The notes under the pieces: generated by a model | Database searches by the model: none | What the model was told of the DNA's origin: nothing | The model's input: only the letters and a program-made list of their open reading frames with translations | Source of the DNA: Octopus sinensis | Lineage: Eukaryota | Direction: 5' to 3' | Length of the DNA stretch: 64,000 nt | NCBI RefSeq assembly: GCF_006345805.1 | Contig: NC_043007.1 | Coordinates: forward strand, 3,968,001 to 4,032,000 | In this document: one piece after another, positions 12,790 to 24,681 of the stretch | How positions within the stretch are numbered: the first letter of the stretch is position 1 | Layout: every line of letters starts with the position of its first letter | Program-made: the position numbers and the translations under genes

Positions 12790-13285
12790 GCCCCTGATAT
12801 ACAGTGCTACCAACTGTATAACAGAGACAAAGATTTCACTTCAGGTCTAGGAAAATATGTTAGTTGTGATCAGTTGTTGACCTTCTCAAATAAGCTCAAT
12901 TCACTGCTCACCTATATGTGATGATGTTGTCCCCCACCTCAACACATGCACAAAATTTGAACCTGTTTCAGTTGAAGCCATTTGACTAATTAAATAATTC
13001 ACTCACCAACTAATTATAACCATATGCTCAAATATGCATAGTTTACCCTCTCTAGCTCTTCTATCATTATTGCAATTTCCTCTTCCTCTTCCACTAATTA
13101 TATACTTGCCCACCAATAAACCTTCACGCCCAACAATGTCCATGTCTTCCTGCTCCTCTTATCACCCTTACTGTGTTTCCCTTCCTAAACCTACATAAAA
13201 CAACTTAGTCACTTCTTCCCCTCCAAAACTACATCTTCCTGCAAACATCAACCTCCAGATGCCCAAGGTGAATACCAACTACTTC
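12790..13285 (+). mobile_element. CR1/L2-like LINE C-terminal relic
   Basis: FRSRKY...QLLT, HCSPI, and SSYHPYCVSLPKP...NINLQ resemble CR1-group ORF2 ends; heavily degraded. Confidence 0.5.
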
Positions 13286-13353
13286 AGTCTCTTTAATTTA
13301 AGGGGACCTGTAAAGTTCATGGACACTCTTCCTCCTCCTCTGACCACCTTGTA

Positions 13354-13357
<4 letters not shown>

Positions 13358-13428
<71 letters not shown>

Positions 13429-13438
13429 TGTGTGTGTG
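13358..13438. repeat. (GA)n-(GT)n compound microsatellite
   Basis: Direct reading. Confidence 0.95.
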
Positions 13439-14188
13439 CGCCTGTCTGTGTAGAACTGATAACAAATCAATCAATAAATACTGCATAGTTGACAAAGAAA
13501 AAATATTTTTTCTTTTTTAAATTTCATTTAACAAGAATGTCTGCCTGAATATAGACCAAATGTATTGTGAAAATCTAGATTAGGTCAAAATGAAGTGGCA
13601 CACTTTGGGAGTGATTTGTGTTGAGATGGAAGAAGGCAACAGTTTTCAACATACATGGGTATATATATATATAACAGAAGAAAACTAATTGGTTGATAGT
13701 GCTCAATTTATAGTTATTCAGAATTATTTGGAGAGAGAAAAAAATTATAAAATATTCTCATGAAAGTTTGATTAAAATCTGGAGGGTTTCAGGCAAATTT
13801 AATCAAATGAAAAAAAGTCTGTATTGTATGATTTAAAAAAAAATTTTGTTATTTCGTATTGCTTAATCTATCTATATAACACCCATACACTCTCATATTT
13901 TTATGCAAGTGAGAATGTAAGAGGGAGAGAGAGTGAGAGAGAGGGAGAGTGTATGTATGTGTAGATTTATAAGGTAGAATTTAAATGTTTTATATTCGAA
14001 AACTTGATGAATTTATAGGATGCATGAATATACACATACATAAACATACATATACCGATTTAGGAGCATACAAATGTGAAATATATATATCACTGTCACC
14101 ATCACTATAACCATCATTTTTACATTTACACCTGCCTTTTTTCATGGTAGCTTAGGTTGGATGAAGCATCTTGAGGCACGATGCCTTT

Positions 14189-14520
14189 CATCATCATCAT
14201 CATCATCATCGTTTAACGTCCGTTTTCCATGCTAGCATGGGTTGGACAGTTCGACCGGGATCTGGGAAGCCAGGAGGCTGCACGAGGCTCCAGTCTGATC
14301 TGGCAGTGTTTCTACAGCTGGATGCCCTTCCTAACGCCAACCACTCCATGAGTGTAGTGGGTGCTTTTTACGTTCCACTGGCACAGGTGCCAGGGGAGGC
14401 TGGCAACGGCCACGATCGGTTGGTGGATTTTATGTGCCACCGACACGGAAGCCAGTCAAGGTGGCGCTGGCATCGGCCACATATGGGTGGTGCTTTTTAG
14501 GTGCCACCAGCACAGGTGCC
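14189..14520 (-). mobile_element. RTE LINE 3' UTR
   Basis: (CAT)n cgtttaacgtccgttttccatgctagcatgggttggac...gatgcccttcctaacgccaacc. Confidence 0.85.
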
Positions 14521-14594
14521 AGGGTCAAAATTTATAAGCAGCATCGATGCAAAGACACATGGATGTAGGCCCTGACACATACCTGACTGTAAGT

Positions 14595-14876
14595 GGTTGA
14601 TGCCAGGTCTGCCTGAGTGGGCTCTGTGCTGGTGGCATGTAAAAAATACCATCTGAACATGATCAATGCCAGGCTTGCCTGACTGGCTCCTGTGGTGGTG
14701 GCATGTGAAAAGCACCTACTATACTCTTGGGGTGGTTGGTGTTAGGAAGGGCATCCAGCTGTAGAAACATTGCTAGATCAGATTGGAGCCTGGTGCAGCC
14801 TTCTGGCTCTTCAGACCTCAGTCAAACCATCCAACCCAAACTAGCATAGAAAACAGACGTTAAACGATGATGATGA

Positions 14877-14880
<4 letters not shown>
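14595..14880 (+). mobile_element. RTE LINE 3' UTR with (GAT)n tail
   Basis: Two ggtggcatgt modules, then ggttggtgttaggaagggcatccagctgtagaaa...gatgatgat. Confidence 0.85.
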
Positions 14881-14910
<30 letters not shown>

Positions 14911-14918
14911 TCACACAC

Positions 14919-15170
14919 TTTATTATTAAGGCTACAAAAACATCACGAAAATGTCACAAAAAACTGCTACTCAGAGTTTATTCAGAGGTTAACTTCAATT
15001 CTTATTCCACAACTGCCTGATGAACAGGAATGTGAAACTTTGAGTAGCAGTTTTTTGTGACATTTTTGTGATGTTTTTGCAGCTTTATTAATAAATCATA
15101 TTACTCTACTTCTGGTATTTAAGTACTATTTTTTCCCCATCTTGTTTCACATTCATGTGCTTACTGTGGT
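14919..15170 (+). mobile_element. PLE-type inverted terminal repeat structure inserted in (AT)n
   Basis: About 60-bp arms (14919-14979 vs 15035-15095) in inverted orientation; flanked by (AT)n on both sides; contains the HHR listed next. Confidence 0.7.
15011..15052 (+). ncRNA. Minimal type I hammerhead ribozyme motif, core intact
   Basis: AACUGC-CUGAUGA-ACA(GGAA)UGU-GAAAC-UUUGA-GUA^GCAGUU: 6-bp stem I, 3-bp stem II with GNRA loop, NUH triplet GUA. Confidence 0.8.
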
Positions 15171-15244
15171 ATATATATATATATATATCATCATCATCAT
15201 CATCGTTGAATGTCCACCTTCCATGCTAGCATATATATATGCAT

Positions 15245-15535
15245 GTACACATGCATGTTTTGGTTAAATTTGACAGTTTGCATAAAAGGAAAACAAAATC
15301 CCACCCCAAAATAAAAGTATTTAAAAAAATCATAAAATATCCTCTAAATTATTGCTAAGAAGTAAGAGCTTACTTAAAGTAGCTGCCCTCAGCTTCCACC
15401 ACGGACTCAAGATGGCTCCGGAATCTGGTGCATAATAAACAAAAAAACTTAAAAATAAACAAGCTTTTGATGGTTTTTGAGATATTTCAAAATTATGATG
15501 CTATGATGCGAGGTGTTTTGTCCAACCCCTGTATA
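15245..15535 (-). mobile_element. Internally deleted Tc1/mariner-family derivative
   Basis: Minus strand encodes TRFRSHLESVVEAEGSYFK* (typical transposase C-terminus); terminus ttttgtccaacccctg followed by TA. Confidence 0.6.
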
Positions 15536-15959
15536 TATAATATATATATACATACACGCATAAACACATACACACACATATGGGAGTGGGTGTACACCAA
15601 TAGAGACCAAAGAAACACAAGTGCTAGGGTCAAATTATTCCCTGGAAACTTTTCAAGGGAGCTCCAACATGGCTACAGTCTCCTGACTGAAACAATAAGA
15701 GATTAAAGTTAAATGAATATCTATACATATGTGTTCATATATTTCTATCTATACATGTGTGTGTGTATGTATATATATATACTTGTATATTAAACTTTTA
15801 TAGGCTGATGAAGGTAAGCATGCTGACACTTTGAAGTCACTGTCAACCTTTGTGTTGTAAAAATTTAAGAAATGTGTACTCTACTAAAAGAGTATTGACT
15901 AATCCTTCAGTTTAAATGTTAAATTGTTTATATATCCTACTTCACATGAAGGCAAAAAT

Positions 15960-16440
15960 ATAATGTATGTGTGTGTGTATACTTGTGTATGTGTTTATAT
16001 TTGTATATATATATATGTGTGTGTGTATATATATGTATGTGTATATATATATGTGTGTGTGTATATATATGTATATGTGTGTATATATGTATTTGAGTGT
16101 AAATATATATATACATATATAAATACACATATGAATGCATATATGTAGACATGTATGTATAAATATGTATTCATGTATGCTTTTGTGTATATATATGTAT
16201 CTATATATTTGTGTACATATGTGTGTGTGTGTATATATATAAATATATATATTTATATATTAATGATAAAGAGATGGAAATTTGTACATCCACAAAATTT
16301 ATTTTATAGTTATATTCAGCATATTATGATGACCCATACATACATACATACGTACATATATATACATATATATATGAGTGTGTGTGCATGTGTATTTTGT
16401 GTGTATATATACATGTGTATGTGTATTATGTTTGTATGTA
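15960..16440. repeat. Low-complexity (AT/GT)n region
   Basis: Direct reading; the overlapping ORFs are repeat artefacts. Confidence 0.9.
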
Positions 16441-17234
16441 TACAATAAGCCACTACTAGGAAAACCTCAAAGTGACTGATACCCTGTATTTCTGTCTATG
16501 AAAAATATTTAGCTTATATTTCTTTGTTGAGTCATTTATCAGTGAGTCTCACCTCTTGCTTTTAATTTAATTTTTAAAATATACTCACTTGAAATATATA
16601 CCTACATACACAGTATGTGTTCATATATTTAATGATATGTTACGATAACGTTGGTGATGATCACACATGTGGCTAAGAACACACACACAGACTTATCAGC
16701 TTTAGTTTTATTGTGTAGTATCATGCTAAGCGTGTGCTGTATATAAACAAACATATACAACCAATACACAGCCACGCAGACAAATATAATATATGCTGAG
16801 AAACTCCTCATACGCATCACTTTGCAGTTACTCATTCTTTCACTAACTCCACAACTGTTGCTGTTCCTTGATAGTTTGTTTACCTCAGTCATCCAGATAT
16901 TAGCCTTGTCTTCCATCAATGTTATATCAATACAGATCGATAGAGAAAATCATTCAACCACTCTCTGCCTTTTTCAATCGGTCATATGAATCACAGTATA
17001 GATTTTCCTTATGCTAGAAATGTCTAATTCTGGTGTTACTGTCCTGTTCTCTTCCTAAACGGTTGTTCTAACAAGAATTCTGATTTTGTATATTTGTAGT
17101 TTGTTTCCACATTCTGTAAAATTACAAATACTTATATCAATTTATATGCACGCACACACATACACACACTTTCTCTCTCTCTCTCTTTTTCTCTTTTTCT
17201 CTCTCTCTCTCTCTCTCTCTCGTGCACACACATG

Positions 17235-17540
17235 ATGGTTCAATCCCACTGCATGGCACCTTGAGCAAATGTCTGTTTCATAGCCTCTAGTTGGCCGAAA
17301 CCTTACGAGTGAAATTGGGTAGAAGGAAACTGAATGGAAGCCTGTCATGTGAATTGCACGAGTAATTCAAAGGGTGCAACCTTTTTACTCACAATGTCAT
17401 GCTGATTCAACTTGAGAATTACGTTCAGAGTCCATGTACCTGGGGAATACCAGATTTACATGTTGCTTCAGGAGCAGGTAATCCATTTGATCGAACAACT
17501 GAATCCTCATTGTTGAATGACAGGGATCCAATACCACCAC
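17235..17540 (+). mobile_element. CORE-type SINE variant with a different 3' part
   Basis: ggttcaatcccactgcatggcaccttgagcaaatgtc...ggaaactgaatggaagcctgtc, followed by a tail unlike that of type B. Confidence 0.55.
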
Positions 17541-17661
17541 CATCACCTATCATGGTTTGATGTAGGTATTCAAGTGGTTGCTTACAGCTTTTAGCGGATA
17601 TTAACAAATGTATATTCAGCAATTTTGTTTTAATATGTGTAAAATCATAACTGTAGCAAGT

Positions 17662-17693
<32 letters not shown>

Positions 17694-17879
17694 TGTGCAT
17701 GGGCATGTGCATCTGTGTACCTATACATATAGACATATGAGTGTATTTGTATCTATGCATATACATTGTCATTTGATCATTTGTTTATTAAGCTGTTAAC
17801 AATGTACTACTCTTCTCATCTGGAGCTTTTCAGTTGAAGATTGAACTGAGTTTAAGCCTATTATTTTCTTTACTTCACA

Positions 17880-18345
17880 GATAGTGTTTTAAATAGAATA
17901 TGGCAACTTCTTCACATTGCTATTTTCTAGATTTCATCTGTAGTTCTCTCAAAAATCTATTTCTTTCTTATGTATCCAGCTTCACAGTTCATAGCTTTCC
18001 TATAATAACTGTAACTATTCTCGTGTCCATATTTCACATTCTTGCTATTCCAATCTCCATATTTTTATATTTAGAAAGTTTTCAACCTCCTTTACTAAGG
18101 TGTTACTATCATATAGGCAAACCACATCAATTAATGTTCACACCATGAATCTCTTGTCATAATGATGTCTTGTTGGTTTATATGTACATGTATATGCCAG
18201 AGAATCACAGCATTTTCATTTTCTATTACAGTCTCTGGGACAAACTTATAGCATTTTTCTGTAGCTAGAACCTTCATTTTCTTGTTGCTACCTACCTTCC
18301 AATGAAGGTAGGTAGCAACCCTGTCACATCTTCTAATGGACTGTG
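17880..18345 (-). mobile_element. R4/Dong-like non-LTR retrotransposon, restriction-like endonuclease domain relic
   Basis: RRCDRVATYLHW...YKFVPETVIENENAVILW...LIDVVC..D...KE...KYKNMEIGIARM...VIIG resembles RHDxVAxxIHW...HxPxxVxENExxxILWD...IDVxxPxD...KExEKxxKY. Confidence 0.75.
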
Positions 18346-18479
18346 GCATAGCCAGGGTGAGAAATTAATAATAACGAAAACAATGACAATAACTCTCACA
18401 CAAACCCCATGCATTTCACCAAGTGAAAAAAATGACTGGAAGGTTTGAATTGAAAAGCGGAAACAGCATTTCCAGTCTT

Positions 18480-19100
18480 TCTTTGAATTGAGAAGATGAG
18501 AAAGAATTTCCAGCCTTTGAACCGCAAAGACACTAGCTGTGGACATGAATTATCTGTTGCAGAAAATATTTTCCTGCCAGAGCTGTATGACAAGAGAAAG
18601 TGCATCCATACTTAAGTTTCTTATAAAAGAAAAATGGAAGTTTTCCTCATTGCAAGCAGCCTGGCTGATGTCTAGGAAAACATCTTCATTGACTGAGGTA
18701 GACACTCTTTTAGCATTGTTTTGAAAATAGAGACAGTGGCTAAAATGTTGGCTGACCTTGGTGCATTGTATTCAAAAGCTTGCAGAAAATTACTGGGTGA
18801 AGCACAAAGGTTACAGTGGAAGCTGTTAATGCTTGTTTTGTTGGTACTTTTGTGGTGCAGTACAAACAGGTGATAAGCACAGAAGTAAACTAAGGTGATA
18901 TGCAATTGAGTGGGATTTTTATATGTATATACAAGTTTTAATGACCTTCAGAGGCCATAGAGAAATTCTGAAGCTGTGCCTCATTGTTAGTGCAGAAAGT
19001 AAAGCCATGAGGTTTGTGGTGCTGGACAGAAAGTCCAGCTGCTCTACATGTGGAAATAAAGGCCACTCAGGTAGATATCACAGAGCATTCTTTTATGTAA
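18480..19100 (+). mobile_element. Possible LINE ORF1 (gag-like) relic with CCHC knuckle
   Basis: VVLDRKSSCSTCGNKGH at the 3' end; broken ORFs upstream. Confidence 0.4.
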
Positions 19101-20149
19101 ATTTGATTAGATCATGATGTCATTACTCTTGAGTTACCTGTCGTCATTTATTCTGATGATAGCTCAATAGAGTTGTCATCTAAGAACACTCAAATAATGA
19201 CACACGCACACACATGTACATGTGAATGCTTATGATTTTTGTATGATACATATTTGAGTATGTCTGTATGGTGTAGCTGAGAAGATAATATTTTTGGACT
19301 ATCGACTCACTGATCATGATGGTATACCTGTTGCAGTTTCTTATTATTTATTTCTAAGCATGACATTAAACATACATCATCTCTTCTATATAGAAAATAA
19401 TTATTTCCGTGAATTTTATTTTTAGAGAGCTGGTGTATTTGCTTCATCCCTTTATCGTATATTGCTCCCCTTCATCACCACCATATATTTTTTCTATTGT
19501 TAATAGGTCTATAAAAAAATCACATTTTATCAATTTTAGGAGGGTTGTTTTTGTTCTGATTTTTTAAGATATTTCTTCACAAGAATAAAGGAGTTTGGTT
19601 ATAGTAGGGTATTGGACTAAATATTCTAGTTTGTTACATCTTGGCGTAAATCTGGTAAGGGTTCACTTATTCTTTTCTAGTTATGAAAAAAATAACTTTT
19701 GGAATTTGATTTGAAACTGACAAAAATTAGCCTTTTGTCTAGTCAAAATAGGTTAATACTTGTCTCTGCTTGAAAGTATCATCTGATGGATTTGGGGGAT
19801 CAATATACTGGTTGGTGTTTGCTGTTATATTTTTTTTCCTTTTTGTATCTCTTCTCTGCTTAATCTTGTGTGCTTTGATCTCATGTTTTTTGTTATATTT
19901 GTAATTATTGCATTTTCCTTGTTCAATTTGTTTTGTAATTTTTTTCTTATAACATATCTATTTCTGCATCTAATAGGACATGAATTTAAAAAGGTATTTC
20001 TGTATATTCTATTATTTATTTGCATGTATTTATTTTTCTATGTATTTCAACTACCATATCTTGTATGTAAAGAATGTAAATGCTACAAATATGTTAAAAA
20101 GGTTTATAACACTTTGAGCTAAGCACTGAGTTTTGTGATGTTAAGTAGG

Positions 20150-20820
20150 TGAGAGTTAAGTCTCTTGCTTCTATTAAGTATACCTGTTTGTTTTCTGCTC
20201 ATGGTATATAGAGGTATGTGGAATCACGACTACTTGCAAAATATGCTATGAAATTTCTGATGTGAATTTCAATCTATGAGAAGGTAATTCATTATAAATT
20301 TCATCCGTATGTAACTAGAAAGCCTGTGTAGTGGTTTATCCATTTCTGATATTGCTGTGTAATATGAGTTTAAAGATGGAAGACTGCTCCTATTTTAATT
20401 TCTCAGTAAATTTTTTCCCCACTTTACTTTGAAAGTGAAAACTAGAACTCTATTTTACAAGTCTATGTTCTGAAGGATGATGATTTTCCAATGAATACAT
20501 TTGATGTATTTTTCTTCCTGATATAGTTTTAATATATTTTATACATCAATTCTTCTACATTTTTCATAGCATTGAAAGTACCAGCTGCATTTTAAAAATG
20601 AAACTTGAAATCATTTTCCAAATATAACACTGCATTAGTGCATCAACTTGGAGAAATTTAATAATTTCTTTATTAAATATCATTCAAAGCCAACAGATCA
20701 TCTTACAAGATCTGCAACTTTCTGATTTTTTCCCAGAAATTTGGGCCCTATTAGAATTTCATGAACTGGCAGGCAAACATTCAGGAGTGAATGTTTGCAA
20801 ATGTTAAACAAATTATTTAA
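20150..20820 (-). mobile_element. Penelope-like RT relic
   Basis: FANIH...QFMK followed by *DDLLALND, resembling ANLxL...YIDDLLxLN; heavily degraded. Confidence 0.35.
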
Positions 20821-21647
20821 GAAAGCCAGGCTATATTTCTAAAGAAATGCCCTCTAATGAATTTTCATTCTCTCTGTCTTCATTCTTTTTTCCTAATTTG
20901 CTTTGCTTTCTTTTCCTATTTTCTCCTTGCTTGCCCCACTTCTTCCATTTTGATCACCTTTCTGTGTACCTTTTTAAAATTTCTTACCTTAATTAAACCT
21001 TGTGACTTTGAACCCTATACTATCACTCTCTCTGCCTGTTTACTTCCCCTACATTACCTTCTACATTTTCTATATAGATCTCTCTGCTGCTATCAACTAT
21101 ACTCCTGTCCCAAATTGATAGTTTTATGTTTATTTAAGAAATAATTAGGTCTAAAGAATTGTGCAAGTTTCTTAAACAGGTAAGGTTGATGCTGTAACAT
21201 TTCATTTGTGATTTTTTAGGTTTATAATTATAGTGAGTATGTGATTGGATGGGGTACAGATTCTAGTTTTAGTGAGGAAGAATGGAAAGTAGGTAAATTT
21301 ATTGGGTAATATAAAGCTTGCTAGCACAAAAGATCATGACCCATTGACACTATTGGTGCAAAATACAAAGAAGAGCAGGTACTTGCATAACTGTGTCAGA
21401 TATGCCAGTATCTAATGGTTGGGGTAGTGCACTTAGGCTTTGTAGACATTGTAGGTCTGCAGATATTCAGAACTGAAGTGTTTTCTGGTCCAAAAGGAAG
21501 CCTTGCCCCAGGGATAATACTATTGATGGGTAGTTGTTGAGAAAGTTCCCAGACATTTGAGGCTTTGCAAGGTATTTGTGAAGAATTTAGTGTAATATTT
21601 TACACATTTTGTTATATTGCATCATTACATATAATAATTATGAATAT

Positions 21648-21832
21648 TAGTTTCAAATTTTGGCATAGGGCCAGCAATTTCAGAGAAGCAGGTAAGTTGA
21701 TTACATCGACCCCATATTTTATTGACCCCAGCAGGATGAAAGGTAAAGTTGACCTCAGTGGAATTTGAACTCAGAGAATGAAAATGGATGAAATTCTGTG
21801 AAGCATTTTCCCCAGCCTGCTAACAATTCTTC
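21648..21832 (-). mobile_element. Type A tRNA SINE
   Basis: Plus strand ggatgaaaggtaaagttgacctcagtggaatttgaactcag is the reverse complement of the B-box and central domain. Confidence 0.8.
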
Positions 21833-21865
21833 TTGTTTAGGGCCTCATTGATATTAAAGCTGAGA

Positions 21866-22060
21866 TATAAAGTGATGAATTGGCTAAATCGTTAGCAGCA
21901 TTTCATCCATCTTTATGTTCTGAGTTCAGATTCACTGAGGTCAACTTTGCCTTTCATTCTTTCAGGGTCAATAAAATAAGTACAGTTGAGAACTGGGGTC
22001 AATGTAATCGACTTTCCTCGCCCCTGAAATTGCTGGCCTTGTGCCAAAATTTGAAACCAG
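21866..22060 (+). mobile_element. Type A tRNA SINE
   Basis: gagttcagattcactgaggtcaactttgcctttcattctttcagggtcaataaaataagtac; flanking direct repeat tattaaagctga. Confidence 0.8.
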
Positions 22061-22289
22061 TATTAAAGCTGAAGTTATGCTCTTGTTTTCCCTCTGAGAT
22101 TGATAAAATAAGTATCAACTGTAGCAATCTACTGCACCACTTCTTTACTACATGGGGCCCTGTCCCTATGTGAGAAATTATTAATAGTGCTAATAGTAAT
22201 GGTGGTGATAGCAGATAGTAGTAATGGTAGCGGTAGAAGCAACAGTAAGCTTTGTAAATAGCTGTAGCTGTAACAGGATTATATGCGTT

Positions 22290-22511
22290 TTAACCCTTTC
22301 ATTACCAACCTGGCTTAAACCGGCTTTGGCTCAGTGTACAAATGTCTTGTTTACATAAATTTTGATTTAAAATCTTCCACTTAGTCACAATTTGTGTTCC
22401 TAACACTAGCTGAATGATAACTAAATTATTTTACTAAATTCTTTGTTATATTTAAAGTAATTGAAAGAAACACAGAGCATCTCAAAATAAATACAGTAAG
22501 GAAAGGGTTAA
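22290..22511. mobile_element. piggyBac-type MITE
   Basis: TTAA-ccctttcattac ... gtaaggaaaggg-TTAA termini. Confidence 0.75.
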
Positions 22512-22558
22512 TACACATTATTTACATTTAACGGATATTTGTCCTCACCTTGTTTGCT

Positions 22559-22604
22559 AACACAATGTTTCGGCTGATATACCCTCCAGCTTTCATCAGG
22601 TGTC
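22559..22604 (-). ncRNA. Minimal HHR-like motif (left arm)
   Basis: GACAC-CUGAUGA-A-AGCUG(GAGGGUAUAU)CAGCC-GAAAC-AUU^GUGUU; stem I is GACAC/GUGUU. Confidence 0.6.
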
Positions 22605-22664
22605 TTGGGGAAATTTTGAACCTGGGTTCTCATTCCTAAGGTATTTTCGATGTTATTATTATCA

Positions 22665-22708
<44 letters not shown>

Positions 22709-22837
22709 TAGGTCACTGCCTGGAATTGAACTCGGAATTTTGGGGTTAGTGACCTGAATAATAATGATAATAACAATAACAACAACAACATTGAAAAATA
22801 CCGTAGGAATGAGAATCTAGGTTTGAAATTTTCCCAA

Positions 22838-22883
22838 GACACCTGATGAAGACTGGAGGGTATATCAGCTGAAAAGTTGTGTT
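22838..22883 (+). ncRNA. Degenerate minimal HHR-like motif (right arm)
   Basis: GACAC-CUGAUGA-A-GACUG(GAGGGUAUAU)CAGCU-GAAAA-GUU^GUGUU. Confidence 0.5.
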
Positions 22884-24332
22884 AACAACAAAAAAGATGA
22901 GGACAAATATCTGTCAAATGTAAATAATGTAGAAAGGGTTAACTCTTTTTTGGATTTCCAGTTTACATTTTTACTTTTCAGTCCTCTACAGTTGTTATCA
23001 GGAATGTGTTTAAGTCAATTATACTCTTGCCCACAAATTTTCTAGCTTTAAACCAAAGTCATTATTATTATTGCTTCCAACAATTTCATGCAAGCTTCTG
23101 CTGTACCTCCAGGTGCAGCTTCATGCCCCGGAAATGTATTTTCTTTTGGTGGTATGAAATGGTGTTTACATGTTGTGCTTAATTTGTTTAATTGTAAAAT
23201 CTGTTTTAGTGTTCAGGTTTTACTCAAGTATTTTTTCCATCTTGTGTTACAGTATTTACCAGTGATTGTGTAGTGTTTGTTCTGTGTTTAGCAGTGATAG
23301 TTGTGTGATGGTATTAAGATGAGTGTGCAGGAAGGATACCACATGAACCATACTATTGAATAGAAAGTGTTTTGTGAACATTGTGAGCTGTACCTAAGAG
23401 AGATATTTGTATTATAGTTAATGCTAGTGTGACAGTTGAACTGCATGCCTTGTGGTATCTAATTCAAATCCTCTCAGGGTTTGTGTTTAGTCATTCATTT
23501 AAGTTGGAAAAAACAAAAATCTTCTGCTACATTACTGATGTTGATTCTATTGATTGTCTTCATTGTCTTGTAGAAAGAATGTTGTTTATCACTTGTACAG
23601 CCTTATTTCCTTTCCTTCAGTCACCCTCTCATTTGCTGTTATTGGTGTCCCATGGGTGTAATTAACTGAAAGAAGCCTTCAATCAGTATTTTTAGCTAAA
23701 CCCAGTTTTCTTGTGAAAGAGCATACTGTCTTAAAACTTAGATCTTATAACATGTTCTCTCTCTCTATTGACTACAACTTGTATTTGGATCACACATGTT
23801 GATGGATGTTTTATATATATATAGAAGGGTGTCTGGTCAATTCCTTGACAGCAACTTTTCATTTAATTTGTCTCCAGTCAATTTGTCATTGGTCAGTTTG
23901 TCCCCAGGTCAGTTCATCATCAGTCAATTCGTTGCTGCATTACATATTTATTTTTTCTTAAAATCTAAGATTGTTTACAATTGTTTTTAGAAAAATAATT
24001 CTGTGGCTTGGATCATATTTTTCCACGACATTTTTTAAAATGCAGATTCATATCTCTGTATTTTTTCTTTTGGTTTGGTTCTTCTTGCATAAACTTCTGC
24101 AGTTTGGTACTGGCAAAGCTTTCCTCACATTTAATCACATCAATAAGTTTCCAAATATTTGGATGACTCATATTCATTGTGTTTTTCAGCATAGGCTTTT
24201 AAACTATTTGTAGTACGAGCAATCTCCGCCATACATCAATCCCAAACATTCCATATAAGTAATGGAAAAGGAAGTTAAAGGTGTCACCTCCTCTGTCTGC
24301 TTCCTCTTGGTCAGTTATTTCCAACCTTTCCA

Positions 24333-24399
24333 CAGTGGTTCCCAACCATTTTATTTAAATGAGATTTCCCATCGACCCCATTTAATATGCTTATCCTTA

Positions 24400-24436
<37 letters not shown>

Positions 24437-24681
24437 CATCATCATCATCATCATCATCGTTTAATGTCTGCTTTCCATGCTAGCATGGGTTGGACGATTT
24501 TGACTGAGACCTGGCGAACCAGATGGCTGTACCAGGCTCCAGTCTTGATTTGGCAGAGTTTCTACGGCTGGATGCCCTTCCTAATGCCATATATATATAT
24601 GAAATTTTGAATTTAGTTCACGGATCCCCAGGACTACCTTTGCAAACCACCAGACTGCAGACCACAGGTTAGCAACCACTG
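24333..24681. mobile_element. hAT-type MITE nested in the MULE
   Basis: TIRs cagtggttcccaacc / ggttagcaaccactg; no clean 8-bp TSD visible. Confidence 0.7.
24437..24588 (-). mobile_element. RTE 3' end nested in (AT)n inside the hAT MITE
   Basis: (CAT)n cgtttaatgtctgctttccatgctagcatggg...gatgcccttcctaatgcc, with (AT)n on both sides. Confidence 0.85.

Larger units (their letters stand above)
22512..22931. mobile_element. Palindromic (head-to-head) tRNA-head/hammerhead-tail element
   Basis: About 140-bp inverted arms plus (ATT)/(AAT) linkers; central partial tRNA-like head on the minus strand (gagttcaattccaggcagtgacc); flanked by gaaagggttaa at 22501-22511 and 22932-22942. Confidence 0.8.

Noticed and set aside
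16755-16840. CCAAT/TATA/Inr-like promoter arrangement
   Set aside because: Such motifs are expected by chance in AT-rich DNA, and no downstream gene was identified.
19153-19180. CUGAUGA followed by a hairpin
   Set aside because: No GAAA after the stem; just a short inverted repeat.
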